Assembly (NCBI GenBank): GCA_964016885.1
Contig: OZ024740.1
Location: 386,756,001-386,820,000 of the forward strand
From: Eledone cirrhosa
Taxonomy: Eukaryota
Direction: 5' to 3'
Length of the DNA: 64,000 nucleotides
Below, in pieces: positions 25,165-39,861 of the stretch (the stretch's first letter is position 1; every line of letters starts with the position of its first letter). The notes beneath the pieces are model-generated. The model was not told the DNA's origin, ran no database searches, and saw nothing but the letters and a program-made list of their open reading frames with translations. The position numbers and the translations under genes are program-made.

Positions 25165-28100
25165 TTAAAATGATGTTTGGAACAGAACAATGGTTCTTAC
25201 ACAAAATAAAAATGGAAGGGGTTTTGATAAGTATAAACATTTTAAAGCAAACAGTTTGGTAACATAAAATCAAGAGTGGTGTCAGGCAGTTTGGTATTAA
25301 AATGGTTAAGAGAAGTATAGTTGTAACATTTTTATGCTTCAACTAGTTTATATGTTCTTTACTTACAATTCATATTCAAGTTGATGTCCTCAATAATTGC
25401 ACTTTCTCTTTGATTATTTAGTTGTTTGAAGGTCATCTTTATCTTATATTAGTGTGCTCTATCTCTTTCAATATATATCATCAACATCATCATTTTATGT
25501 CCATTTTATTTATTGTTTTGGATCGGTTGGTACAGACCAATCCAATACCTCACTTAAATTATTATCCTTGGCATAGTTTCTATGCCTAAATGCCTTTCCT
25601 ATTGCCAATCACAATGGCAACAGGCACAAAAAAGAAATAGTCAGTCAATACCTGGTATATAGTTTTCTTCAGTTTCTTTGTCTTGTGGGTTTGTGGCCAA
25701 AGCAGTGTTGTTGAGACTAGAAAAAGTGTTGCAACATATGGTGTTCCAAACGAGTAACTTACTCCCCCTCAAATGGGATAAGGATTATACTATCTGAGTG
25801 CCTACTCTTATTAAGGTCAATTTGTGACTCCTGTTGTGACGGGAAACCAGCCACATTGAGGCTCCTCCTGATGATGTCTACAAGGTGGAATGTCAAGGGA
25901 AACATCCCACATGGTGGTGAAAAGAGAGTGGATGATCCAAACTTCTTGACAGTGGCTCCACAACAGCATTTGTGTGATTCACACAGAGACCATGGTGCAA
26001 GTCTACTTTGATGCAAAGACATCTGTCATGAAGAAGGCACTGAATTGAGGCATGCATTGCTGTTCTACTGTGAGGCAGGTGAGACAGTAATGATCAAGAG
26101 AAGACTTGATCCAGAGATACACGTTCTAATGTTTTGTGAAGAACCTTGAAGATAAAGACATGTCTGGAGACAACAGAAGAAAGGTGTGACCACAGTGCCA
26201 GGTAAGATGTTGAGCTGGGGCCAATGCCATCAAACTTCTCAAGGAGTTTCACTTGTCGGGGGCAATCTTTCTCCCCAAACTTCCAAAACACACATCTATT
26301 TGTATATACTACAATTTATGTACATGTTATGTTTATCGCATATCAAAGTTTTTTATATATTGGTTGGTATTTGATAGTAACAGCTAAATTAATAATCACT
26401 ACAACTAAATTGACCCCCCCCCCCTCTCCATTCAGAAATGCTTTCACCGCCCCTGCTTATTGTCAGCCTGTGTCAACAAAACCGACATTGCTAGTGAAAT
26501 TTAAATATACAAGGAATAACACAATCTATATTAATATATATTAAAATTATTCCAGATATTAATTAATGTTTTATGAGTTTAGTATTACTTATCCATGCAG
26601 TGGAAAAGAAAAACTGTTCACACATGTCCAGTATTTATAGAAGTTTGGGTAAAATTTACTGTGGCTTAAATTGCTGTATATGTTTATGTGTGTGTGTGTA
26701 CAGAAAGGAGAGAGAGTGTACAAAAATGAAAGATAATGAAAATAGTCATAAACCTTTGATAGACCATGCCATCATCCTCATTACACCCCTCACCCCAATC
26801 CAGGAAAGGTAATTGTCAGTAGTAGTTGTACCCAGCCATAAAACCTCAGCTCCAATTACATATGTTCTTGTACACAGAAATGTTGCCTTAGCTTTCAGGT
26901 TGCTGGAGGTGGTTTCTATTAATTCAGTACCTGTGTATGGGTGTGTATAACTGCAGGTATGTTTGTTTGTGGTATTGTATATGTACACATTTGGAGCAGT
27001 GCCAAATGAGAGTAAAATAGAAAAATAGATCTTCCTCAATACACATATAATCGTGTGTGTGTGTGTGTGACAAAAAAAGAACAATGCCATACATTAGTTT
27101 AACACTTGATATAGTTAGAAAAAAAGTCTTAATGTTCTAGATGCTTGCCTTTTATTGGAAGAGAGAATGAAAGAGAGAAGAAATGATGTTTGAGAGAGAG
27201 AGGAAGAAATAAAAAGATAGGGTGAGAGAAAGAATAAAAAAGAGAACAGGATAAAGGTGGATAGGAGAGAAAGCATGTGCACTTGTTTGTTAGCCATCTT
27301 GAAAACAGTTTCTTATGTGGGACATTCTATTTATCAACTGTCAATTAGAGATTACAAGTTCAGTAAGCTGTCACTTGAGCAATGATGAACAGCAATAATG
27401 TTGGTAATATCGTCTGTCAGTGTATCACTCTCTAGGACTGTAATAAACAACAGTGATGCTAACAACAAATCACTGGTAACTGAACCACCTTCACAATAAA
27501 CATTTGAGAGCCTCTAAGTGATCACTCAACCTGCCAGAAACTGCAGTCAAGCCACCATCCTCTTCTATAAGTACAAGTTACTTAGGATAACATAGTCAAA
27601 AACATACCTGTAAAGATGGGCTGATCATAACTAGAATGCCAAAGTTTATAAGGTTTTCTCAGTCACAATTGAGCTATGGCTAAATAAAAACCAACAACTC
27701 AACTTACTTTCTCTTTGTTATTCATTAGGGCACACTATCAAACAAAGCTTACTTGAGTCCATCACACGTTTAGTTAAGGCTTTCTACATTCTGAGTTCAA
27801 ATCTTACTGAGGTTAACTTTGCATTTTATCCTTCCAGGATTGATAAAATGAATTCCAATTAAGCACTGGGGTCAATTTGTTTGACTTACCCCTTCTCCCA
27901 AATTGTTGGCCTTGTGCCAATGCTAGAAAGAATTATTAGCTGGGAATGAGAGCGATGGATTGGCAGAATCATTAAAGCATTGAACAAATGCTTTGTAGTA
28001 GTTGTTACAGCTCTTTACATTCTGAAAACACCAGATAGAATGCTTTACAATATTCAATTGTACTCTCTATGTTCTGTGTTCAAATCTCAACATGGTCAAA

Positions 28101-29359
28101 TTTGCTTTTCCTTCTTTCAGGAGTCAATAAAATAACATTCCAGTCTAGTACTGGGTGGGGTCAATTTAATCAACTTTCCCTTCCCCCAAATTACTAACTT
28201 GTGCCAAAAGTAGAAACCATTATTAGCTACTGGGGGTAGATTTCATTGACTATAACTCTCTCACAAAAGAAATGTATGGTCTTTTGTAATAAAGTAGGAA
28301 AAAATTGGTCCTTTGAATCATACATAGGCAGAGTTTATGTGAAAGGTTTCCACATATTGTCCATTGACCCTGTTTTATTCATAAAACACGTTTTTATATG
28401 TAAAAGACACAAGAAATGATGTGACCAAAGTGAATCAAAGTTTAAGACAATAAAATTAACAAATGTACTTTACAGTAATATGTAACAGAACAATTTTTGT
28501 TGGTTTGAATTAGCTAGTGTATATGTATGGTTAAAGGTCAGGTCAATAACAGTGAATTTCAGTCAGAGAGAGGAGGTTAGGAGGAATAAAACAAGATTAA
28601 ACTAATCAAAAAATGTAATTCTGAAATGATGAACAACAACAGAATTTCCATTAGCATGTTCTTTTTACACCTTCTTTTCCATACTTGCATGGGTTGGATG
28701 AGACTTATGGAGGTAGTTTACTATGGCTGGATGCCTTTCCTGATACTAATATACATTATTCATAAGTATGATATAGACCACTGACATACATTGTGGAGCA
28801 TATTGTTTATATCTCACGAGAGATCTAAACAAATGTCACCACTTACTTTAAATGTCGTTGATACACACATGCCAGCAAAGGAAAGCGGATGTTAAATAAT
28901 AATGTATTATCATCATCATTTAACATCCATTTTCCCTGTTAGCAAAGGTTGAATGGGTCATCACAGAACAAGTCTTTACTTAATCAGAGCCACTAACCTC
29001 TAAGATTTGTTGGAGGCAGCATCTTGCTTACTCACAATTTACAGAGTGCACTAGCGAAGTCATCATATCTTTGATACAACTGAAGAGTCCTTTCTACCCT
29101 TTGTTTGACAAGTTTTTTATGGTTGGGTGCACTTCCTATCACTAACCACTTAGTATAATGTACAGGATGCATTTTATTGTGTCACCAAAACTAGAGAGGT
29201 TGTTGAGCTCTTGACATAACTGAAGAGTCCTCTGGACCTAGTTTTGGCATGGTTTCTGCAGCTGTTAGCCCTGCCCAACACCAACCACCTCACAGGGTGT
29301 ACTTGGTGGGCCTCATCATTGCTCAACACTAGGAAGGCTGTCAGTTATTGACTCAAATG

Positions 29360-29880
29360 AAGAGCATACTTGTCTCATCTCTCTCTCTCCAGCCCTTCCA
29401 AATCTACAATCAAGGTCTATTTCTCACTGCCACTTGCATTCAGGCATCATACAGTATATCGCTCAGTCAGAGAGAAAAGCTCCTCATTTTCAGCATTAGT
29501 TCATTTCACAAGTACTCTTGCTGTTGACTACTCCCATGCACCTGTCACATATGAAGTCTAACTTGTCTGTGAGCCTCGCCATAATTCCACTACATCTCTT
29601 GTGTATCCACTGTCCACACTGAATGCACCAAATGGAATTTCTACCAACATTGTTTCAGTATATCTTCCCTACTAAAACTTTGCAAGGTTTACTTTAAGAC
29701 CCTTTAATTCCAATTTTATTTCCATGTCTAGAACTTCTACTCTTGTCCTATTGTTTCTGCTATGAGTACTAGATCATTAGCATACAGGAGTTCCCATGAA
29801 TAGCCAGTCTTGAACTCCTCTGTTATGGCCTGGAGGACTATAGTGGACAGGATGGAGGGTGAGAACTGATCTTTGGTGGA
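29360..29880 (-). mobile_element. Degenerate RTE reverse transcriptase fragment
   Basis: IVLQAITEEFKTGYSWELLYANDLVLIAE (YADD motif decayed to YAND), followed by VGRNSIWCIQCGQWIHKRCSGI finger remnant. Confidence 0.8.
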
Positions 29881-30630
29881 CTTCACACACACACACACAC
29901 ACACACTTACACATACCAGGATCTTTAAAGAATGTGGATACAAAATAGCTTGTTGTCATCTTTCTCCGCCACCACTCTTGTTTGTCAAGAGACAATTTAT
30001 AGTTAGTAAATATCATATAAACAATGGCTGTGAAGTTAAAGTGTTTAACAGCTGATATTAGCCATATGTTCAAACCTTATATCAACAACAATTGTTTTAT
30101 TCTCCTGAGCATGACACTCCTTGCTCTAGTTTACCTCATTGATACAAAATATTTTCCACAGTTGAGTAGATAGCAGAAAAAGAAAAAGAAATCAATGAAT
30201 TGCTGCAACAAAAATGTTTCCAGTCATGCAAATATGGAGATAGAGATGTAAAACACCTCATTGCTCCCCAGAAAATAAATATGTGAAGAAGGGACAGTAC
30301 CCAATTTGTAGTCTCTATTTGTAGTCTCAGCTAAATAGAGATTGGCATGACACTCTTTGAGAATTAATATACAGAAAGTGAAAGTTTTTCTGAGTAGAGC
30401 TTTTGATATCAAACTATCTAACTGTCCCTGGTTCTATAAACAAACCTGTTTAATTTAAAGTTTCTATTTATCTAAAAATCGCCCATTATTTTATGTAAGA
30501 ACCTTCATTCAGTTATGCTCCAAACACCAGTTTAATAATGAGAAATATAGCTATTTGACTAAATCCATCAAAATTATTGATTATTTTCAAAATTATTTGA
30601 AATTTACACTTTAAGAATACAGACATTTAA

Positions 30631-30834
30631 CCCTTTAGCATTTACATTACTCTATACTTACTATTATATTTTCACAGTAAAGACTTTACCTCACAATCGA
30701 ATCTATGAGATTTTGTTGTTAGTTGTTCTGAGAACGATACCTTAACATCAGTATGAGTGGCCAGTCACAGCCGGTTTAAACAGAAAGAGGTGAGAGAATT
30801 CTGGCCAGATACAGCTGGTTTAAATGTTAAAGGG
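30631..30834. mobile_element. piggyBac-like MITE
   Basis: TTAA|ccctttagcatttac...ttaaatgttaaaggg|TTAA, ~14-bp imperfect TIR. Confidence 0.8.
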
Positions 30835-31031
30835 TTAAACATGTCAAATTCTGATGAGAACCCAAAAAGGTTCCAATCTTGATTCAAGATATACTCTTTT
30901 ACCTGTTTCATATATAATATTTTTCAATTTACAGGGAAATATGTCAAATTTGATATGTTTATATATCTATATTCTCAATGTGTAGATTTATATATACATT
31001 CACACAGTCTCTGTTATTTCTGTATTGTATG

Positions 31032-33380
31032 TGTAGCAAGAGTTGCCTCCCTTGTTATGACAATAACATCACCGCTCTCTAGACAGGAAGTAGCTGGAGT
31101 TACTTCCCGTTGGGGTGGCAGAACCCTTTTTGTCACTTCCGTCTTGGACCCTATAAAAGGGATACTCAGAGCGATCTCTCTCTCATTTGCCCTCTTCTAA
31201 CCTGCCTGGCCCTTCGGCCAGGCATCTTCGGCCAGGCGCGTTCGCCTGGCAACCCTAACATGATCTCTTGCGAGCTAACTTCAAAACGGCAACAAATAAC
31301 TTTACTTCATTCTTTCATCTACTCATGGATATGTCAACTATACTATTCTACATAACTTCAACTTTATATACACAACCTAGTGTCTTGCTATATTCATACA
31401 CACCAGTATTTTTTATAAGTGGTGACCCTGAGAAAAAAATGATAGGATCTGGTGTTGCGTGAATATATATAAAAAAATTAATTAGCAGTACCCCATTTTC
31501 GTTGGAATGTGTCGACCAACATTTCGAATACACAAGCAAACTTTATTAACGAACTAGGAAAAATACTCAGACACAGAAACGAACACACGCACATGTGAAA
31601 TTCTCGTTCAGACAGACTCTTCTTCTCTCACCTAACGTGATAATTTTTTGGGGGGACTAAGAAATCCCTCCGACCTCCTTAGACAAGGATTTCTCTCCGC
31701 ATACACTGTCTTATAACGAACACATCAAAAAAGAAATGTTTTCTCAGCAAGCAAAATAAACAGAAAATTTTGCCTTTCACGCACGTGTCGCACATCAACT
31801 ATGTGTCGCATTCCACTGGATGTATATATATGTTTTTCGTTTCTTCTTACAACGAACACTTTAAAAAAAAAATTAAAAAAATTTGATTTTTTTTTTTTTA
31901 CACATTTCAACATGAACATTTACTTTCGCTGAATCTCAACTATTGCTTATTCTTTCCGCCAAGCTTTTTTCATCGTTCACAAAAAAGTTGAACTCGCCAT
32001 ATTTGTTACACCAAGTGAAGCCTTTCTTTCTGTTTCATCATATTATCACGTTCACACACGAGTTTTTCAAAATGGCTGCTAACAACCTTGTTTTGGCACG
32101 TGTGGGCAGCACACATCTCGACTCACTGAGATACCACACGCCATAGAAAGATATTTTTTTCGATTGACTTTAACCTTGTTTTGGCACGTGCGGGCAGCAC
32201 ATATCTCGACTCACTGAGATACCACACGCCATAGATAATGTTTCTTGCCAAGGATTCTCCACCCTTAAGCTATATTCTCCTATTTGCCGGTTTAAAAATT
32301 TAGCACGTAAATTTGTCGTTGAAAACTGCGCATTTATTCAGAATGCTTATTTCTTTGGTCGCTGGCCTCTTGACCCTTCCAGGTCAACGCATTCTCAACA
32401 TCGACCATCAACTTTGGCTGTTATTTCTAGCACTTTGCGCAACTCATTTTTTCTGGGAAAATTTTTACTGTGAATTTAAACATCAAATACGCTCACTCCG
32501 TGAGACAACAACATCAACAACAACAACACAGCTTCATCAACAACCAAAACCAGCAGAACAAGCCAGAGAATTTATTTTTGCAGCACTCTTCCTGTGAGAA
32601 AATCCTTCGGAGGTTAGAAATTTCATGTTATACCACGGACCAGAAACCACCTGCATACATTCTCTGGAACACACTTTCTTTCCTGCTGTCATGTGATTGC
32701 ACACCTGTGAACTGTATTTTGAACATTTGAACTTTGACCTCTTCTTTTACTTTGATTACATTGTATCTTTGAGTGGTGGATAGATAGATGTCCAGTCGTT
32801 CTCTGGCCAAGAGCGGTTGGCTACCTTGATATCGATCATTGATTTTTGCATGCATATATTTTGCTGTTTTCCTTTTATTGCAAACATTATTTTTTTCGTA
32901 ATTTTCATGCCTGGACTTTGGTGTTACATGCTCGCCATCTTACACCATACATGGTTCATTCGATTTTTATATTTTAAAAATCTGGCAGAAGGTAATGTAG
33001 CAAGAGTTGCCTCCCTTGTTATGACAATCACATCACCGCTCTCTAGACAGGAAGTAGCTGGAGTTACTTCCCGTTGGGGTGGCAGAACCCTTTTTGTCAC
33101 TTCCGTCTTGGACCCTATAAAAGGGATACTCAGAGCGATCTCTCTCTCATTTGCCCTCTTCTAACCTGCCTGGCCCTTCGGCCAGGCGCATTCCCCTGAC
33201 AACCCTACATGGTCTCTTGCGAGCTAACTTCAAAATGGCAACAAATAACTTTACTTCATTCTTTCATCTACTCATGGACATGTCAACTATACTATTCTAC
33301 ATAACTTCAACTTGTTAATTAAACTTTATATACACAACCTAGTGTCTTGCTATATTCATACACACCAGTATTTTTTTATA
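31032..33380 (+). mobile_element. Complete non-autonomous LTR retrotransposon (Gypsy, CsRn1-like)
   Basis: LTRs 31032-31417 and 32996-33380 are highly similar, with TATAAAA and TG..TA ends; 4-bp TSD TATG (31028-31031, 33381-33384); PBS TGGTGACCC at 31420 matching the tRNA-Trp 3' end; purine-rich ggcagaaggtaa before the 3' LTR; 1.58 kb interior with no pol ORF. Confidence 0.9.
32083..32236 (+). repeat. Two-copy ~64 bp direct repeat inside the LTR element
   Basis: aaccttgttttggcacgtg(t/c)gggcagcaca(c/t)atctcgactcactgagataccacacgccataga occurs twice. Confidence 0.9.
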
Positions 33381-33441
33381 TATGTATACAGATATAAATT
33401 TATCATATACTTCAGCTACTTAGCACACAACTTAATATGTA

Positions 33442-33473
<32 letters not shown>

Positions 33474-33474
33474 C

Positions 33475-34080
33475 ATGGTGGCTGCCAACTCGTTTTCGAG
33501 TACGGCCACTACTTTATATCCATGTAGGAGAACCCCTATCGAAGCGCTGAACGAGTGTGACTTTTTAGTCCAGCCAGCGACTTGAAAACTCTGGTACAAA
33601 CACTACACTTGTGACAATTATTGACACATAGTGCTGGGCCCATGGTACCATGTGAGGACAAGTGCAGAGAGATCTCCAGATATAAAGCAATGCCTGTGCC
33701 GTGAAGCTTTTATAGTGAGCAAAGGCACTGCACAAAGCCAGTCCCACTCTCTTAACCAAGATGATATTTACCAAAAAGAAGAACAAGTCAACATCATTGG
33801 ATACCATCAGGGTTGCAGGTGTTATATCAGAGTTTTCCTTCTCCTAGAATTCTGCCTTGACAAAGGCTAAGAGGTCATCTCTCCCGGTGGATGGCCATTG
33901 ACTCTTAAGAGCTCCTTTGCCCTTTGACAGGTTTTGTTTTTAGTCCTGCAGGATGTCCAAAGTCACCCTCCTCACCAAGAAACCTTGGTGGGGTTGCCAG
34001 TTTAGTCGCCAACGACCCGACCATGAGACAGGTTGTACTGGGATACATGTTACCAGTAGCACCAACTGGTGACCTGACAT
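33475..34080 (-). mobile_element. Probable RTE-type 5' UTR fragment
   Basis: GC-richer island between (TA)n tracts; minus-strand ctaggagaaggaaaactctga resembles a motif recalled from RTE 5' UTRs. Confidence 0.45.
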
Positions 34081-37000
34081 AAATATATATACCTACATAC
34101 ATATATACACACACTGCTTATATATATATCATCATCATCATTTTACATCCGCTTTTCCCTGCTTGCAAGGGTGGGACGGGAACTGTTTCCTAACACCAAC
34201 CTCATTTACAGTGAGGCACTTCCTAACACCAACCTCATTTACAGTAAGTGCTGGGTGCTTTTTTGCTGTGGCACCTATATTTTGCCGTGGCATATATCAT
34301 CATCATCATCATTTGTATGTTGTTTTCCATGGTGGCATGAGTTAGACAGAATGTTTTGAGAAAATGTTTTACAGCCTTGATACCTTTCATTATGCCAACC
34401 CTTTTAATTGCCCCTTATGGCATGCAGGGATAACATGTAACTATTCTAAAAACCACGATTGTGTCTGCATGTGTGTATGTGTGTGTTTCAAATACTGAGC
34501 AATACATGTTAAAGCATGTTAGAACAATGCTACCATTTACAAGTTTAATGTGTACATGTATGTACCTGTACACATAACAACACACACACACATGCAGATA
34601 AGAATTTAAAATCATTAATATTAATTTCATGTCAATTGCTAATATGGGTTTAAAAAGGCCGAAAATGTTTGCTGCTTGCAATATAGTTCATGGTAGGTAG
34701 TTCTCATGTATTTTTACATAGAGAAATAGTAAATTGATTTTTGCAAGCAACACAATGTTTAGAAAATAATATCTTAGTCATTTACTGTATATACTTGAAT
34801 ATTAGCTGAGGAATCGTCATCATCATCATCATCATCATCACCGTTTAACGTCCATTTTTCCACGCTGGCATGGGTTTGATGAAAATGTCACCAAAAAAAT
34901 CAATGGTAAAATGGCATGGGGGGGGGGGGGGGCTTGTGTATGCCACCTAAACATAATGTGTTGATTAGCTGCCTTGGCTTATAAATGGGGTTTGGATTTT
35001 TGCCCATTTCTCAGACGTAAAATAGAGGGTGCTTATATTTGAGTATGTATGGGAATTTCTCTCACATACAGGCATTTGTTTTACATAACTGAATACATCA
35101 TCCAAAAGTGGTCTTTCCTCTTTGAAGGTTTAATTGCTTTATTGCCAAATGTTTTTTCACATATTCCACATATCAAACGCACTCTCTCATAAGTGATTGA
35201 AGGAAAACAAAGCCAAACTTAAAATATTTCTATGAATATTTTTGACATTTTTACAATATTTGGATGTGTAGATGCTTCTGGGCCTACTGATCTCCACAAA
35301 CGATTAGAACATTATTTTCATGGGTGCCATGTGTATCATCATCATCATTTCAATTTACGTCCGCTTTTCCCTGCTTGCAAGGGTGAGACGGGAACTGATT
35401 CTGGCTTGATTTCTACAGCTGGGTGCCCTTCCTAACACCAACCTCATTTACAGTGAGTGCTGGGTGCTTTTTTGCCGTGGCACCTCCATGACCACTTTGC
35501 AGTGAAATGATATGGACCCTAGTCCCTATCATCTCATTTCTACAGCTGAGTAAACTGGAGCAATGTGAAATAAAGTGTCTTGCTCAAGGAAACAACACAT
35601 CACTCAGTCTGAGAATTGAACTCACAACCTTTCAATTGCAAGGCCAATGCTCTAACCACTAAGCCATGTGCCTCCTGAATTCAAATTCCACTTAGGTTAA
35701 CTTTGCCTTTACTCCTTTTGGGATACATAAAATAGGTACCAATCCATGGTGGTAGATTGGTAGGGTAGTTAGAATGTCAGACAAATGCCTTAGGGCATTT
35801 GTTCGGGTTCTTTGCATTCTGAGTTCAAATCATACTCTGGCCTAGTTGGATGGTAAACTTAATATGTCACTGAGTTTAATACCACAACCTGGCCTTTGGG
35901 TGCCTTTGGCAAAGTCCACTCTGTTGTAAGTATTTGAGCTTGGACTCCAGTTTGAGGATAAAATGAGAGGTCCATCACTTTCACCAGTCTCGGAAGCTCT
36001 GAAATGGGTCATAGACATTGTCCCTTTCTCTCAGACTAATCAGTAAAAAAGAAAAACATAATTGCAAGTAAAAAAAAAAACATTTGTTCAATAATACTTT
36101 CAAATGAATTAAAACTATTTTCAATTTGACTTACATTCATAATGCCTCAATAAGCTATATGACATTTACTCATTTAAATTATGAAATATATCATTCATAT
36201 TGAGTACATATCTGCAGTACACACAAACATGCACACACACACACACATTTGTATGTATGTATATATGGTTTAGGCTAGACTAGTCAGGTGATTCTGTCTT
36301 GTTCATACGTTCCATTTGTCTTGGCTTCTATGGCTGGATGGCCTTCCTAATGCCAACTCCTTCACAGCATGCACCGGGAGCATTTTATCATGACATCAAC
36401 ACTACCACTTTACAGAGTGGGCTGGGTGCATTATCATGCGGAGGGGGAGTGTTAACAAGAGTAAGGATGAGGTTATATAACCATGGGAGAGAAACTGTCC
36501 AATCAGTGGTGTGGCCTCAAAGAAAATGGGTTGAGTCTAGCAGTATATTGTGATGTGTGCCTAGGTTTCTGTGCTGGCATGGGTTGAGCAGGGAAATGAA
36601 TTGGGGAGGAAGCACAATATGGTGGGGGGAATATATTTATATATAGATATATATATATGTGTGTGTGTATAAATGAATTAACTGTGGAGATATAAAAGAT
36701 ACAGAAGCGAAAACCAACCAAACAGTGAATGTGTTCTGTTATTATTTCTGGCAATATTATTACAACAATATGACCCTCCCCAAGTATAACAATATATATA
36801 TATATATTTATCAATATGAAACAGTCTTTAATTCAGACACAAGCTTATCCATGTGTGAGCAGGATTAATTTCAAACTTAAGCTAGCCTATAAAGTAGGAT
36901 AAATTAATCTAGATGATTGGCTAAAAATAACATATTCTGATATTTTGATAACAATAACATTTCCCTTTGTAGATGCCCATCTTATTTCTTTCTCTTGGTC

Positions 37001-38471
37001 TTTATCCATTTCTTCGTGTAGTTTGCAATGATTCTGCCAAAATCATCATCATCATCATCATCATCATTTAGGTCTGTTCTCATGGGCTGGATGGGTTGTC
37101 ATGATGCAATTCAGTTCTTATTCAGAGTTACTGCCCTCTTTGAAATTTAGAAGACTACATTTCGCTCATACACAATATTTTTGGCATGGTTTCTCTGGTT
37201 TGGATGCCCTTCCTCACAACAACCACTTTATAGAGTATACTGAGTGCATTTTGTGTTGATTCTGTTGTCTCTGTTCAATCACTGACCACATTACCGAATG
37301 TAATGGGTGCATATTATAATGGTATCAGCACTAGTGAGGTTGCCTTGCATAATCCAAGACTAACGATTACTCATTATTCTACATTGTCGCTTTTCATTCA
37401 AGGCAGTGTGGCCAACAGGATGAATAGAAAAGAAGAATCAGAGTGGGTGAGTGAAGGGAACAAGAGTATGATGGAAAAAACAGAGTGGGTTCCAGAGGGG
37501 AGGTGAAAGGGAGAGAGAGACAGTGCTGGAGGGTGTAATTGAAGAAAGACAGTAATAGGAAGGGAGATGAGTATGATGCTAGACAGAAGAAGTAAGTGCT
37601 ATTTCTGTACAAGGTTTGGCATGTTTTCTAATCACTTCCAAAGTATCTAATATTATAAAACTTGTTTTTCTTTTCAGTTATCTCAATTATTTCCAGATCT
37701 TTATATCTGGACAATTTCTCCATTTCTTTGAGAGGCGTTTTATTATTTGTTTTAACTAATATATCAATTAGGAAGCATTTCTTTCGTTGGTCATCTTCAA
37801 CAACAATACCTGGTCAATTAGTCTTGATCTTCTGTGTGTATAGGTATATCCCACTTCTTTGTTTCTAATATCATTATCACTATAGTGGGTAGTGAATTGG
37901 CAGAATTATTCCATGAATCCCAAAAGGATAAAAGGCTAAGTTAACCTGAACAGGATTTTGAATTCAGAATGTAAAGAACTGGAGCAAACACTACAAGGTA
38001 GTTTATCAGATGTTCTAATAATTCTGATATTTTACGCCACTAATGCTAGTAGTAATAACAGAACAAACATAATCCAGTCATCTATACAATCAGCTCGTTA
38101 CTAAATGTTTGTTCAGTAATCAGCTCCCATCCTAACATATTTCATCGATCACAATTTAACTTAAGCCAGTATTTCAGACTATTATTGTTACCCAATATGG
38201 AGCAGACTCAGAATTATGAATTTGTAAAGGTACTGTGTACTGGAATATAGTTTCTATTCAGACTACAAACATAACTATGCGAACTACATCTGCCAAACAT
38301 ACTTTAGACACTAGAGTAATACTTCAACAATCCATCTGGGGAGTGGGGGAGGGGGCTAAGAATGCCCCAACAAATTCTTTTCTATTATTTCTATTCTCAT
38401 TGCCTGCTGTATTTTCTACACATTATTGAGTTTCTACTATTTCAGGCTTGTCTAAAGATCAAAGAAACTTA

Positions 38472-38513
<42 letters not shown>

Positions 38514-38556
38514 AAGTGCTATCGTTGTAGTCTATAACTGAAAATGGTGTCACACA

Positions 38557-38619
<63 letters not shown>

Positions 38620-38709
38620 GAGTCAGGGCCTGACAGCTGAACCCTTGCTATTTTGACGTCTGGAATTAGCTGTTGAAATGGCAAGAGCTCAGCCGTTGGG
38701 TTCTGACTC
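38620..38709. repeat. Imperfect 90-bp hairpin embedded in (TA)n
   Basis: gagtcag..cagctgaacccttgctatttt..gaaatggcaagagctcagccg..ctgactc is self-complementary. Confidence 0.75.
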
Positions 38710-39164
38710 ATATATATATATATATAGTCATGCATATATACACACACACACACAACACAAACATGAATACATATCACAGATGTATAGTTTTTTTTTTTAC
38801 TTTGAATGACAGAAGAAGAAGGGTAGCAGCCATGGTCATTTCAGAGCCTCCAAAATTAGGGAGTAGAAAGGAGAATGTTATCCTCATACAGGAGAGCTGA
38901 GCTGAATGCTTCTAACAGAGTAGTCTCCTGAAATCCCCTTTGGCTCTATCATACAAAGCTGTTTATTTACCAAACCAACTGAAACTGCTCCTCATTCTAT
39001 GTTTATTTTAAAGTGTTTATATTTATCTAAAAACCTTCTTTCATAATTTTATTTCTTAAGCTATGTTCCAAACACCAGCATGATAATGATAAAATTAGTT
39101 AAATTAGTAAATAACTCCAAATTCTTGGTTATTTTCTAAATTATATAAAATATAGTAGACATAC

Positions 39165-39573
39165 AGAAGACCCGCCTTACCTAAGTACAAAGTGAAACCT
39201 ACTACAGTCAGTAGGCACCTCTAACAAAAATACACCCCCGTCCCACTACCCCCACCCCATCCACACCACCCCTTTCAATGTAAAGTTATGTTGGTACCAC
39301 AACATCCAGTCCAAAACAAATGAGGTCGTGTAGGTGTCACAACAAAAAAACACACAGTCCACGCTGTAATGTGGCTGTGTAGGTAACACGGTAAAAATCT
39401 CCCAATCCACACTGTAAACGTGGTTGGTGTTAGGAAGGGCATCCAGCCGTAGAAAACCCGCCAGACAGTCCTATGCGAGCAAGACAACCAGTCTTGCCTC
39501 AAGTGGGAAAACTCCCGTCCAAACCCATGCAAGCGTGGAAGATGGACGTTAAACGATGATGATGATGATGATG
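39165..39573 (+). mobile_element. RTE 3' end (last codons, 3' UTR, (GAT)n)
   Basis: agaagacccgccttacctaa...gttaaacgatgatgat matches 1634-2040. Confidence 0.9.
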
Positions 39574-39829
39574 ATCATGATAGCAATGATAGGATTAAAG
39601 TATTTATTTTTATCTAAAACCCTTCAATTATAATTTTATGTAAGAAAAGCAAGTGATTATAACAGTATATATGTTTGTGTATTAAATGGCTAGCCATGAA
39701 TCTTCTATGCCAAAGGTTCTCAAGGGGCGGGGGCATTAAATTAACAATAAAAATAAAAACAACAAAATAAAAACAAAGTTATAAAGAAACTTGACTTTGT
39801 TCTTTTTATTTTCATTGTTAATTTTTATA

Positions 39830-39861
<32 letters not shown>

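Noticed and set aside
25745-26300. Possible LTR-element 3' interior on minus strand (gagggggagt PPT-like; LHQSRLAPW)
   Set aside because: Too degenerate; no paired LTR or clear integrase motif.
30845-30890. CTGATGA-gaacc-caaaaa-ggttc hairpin
   Set aside because: Followed by CAAT instead of GAAA, with no convincing helix I.
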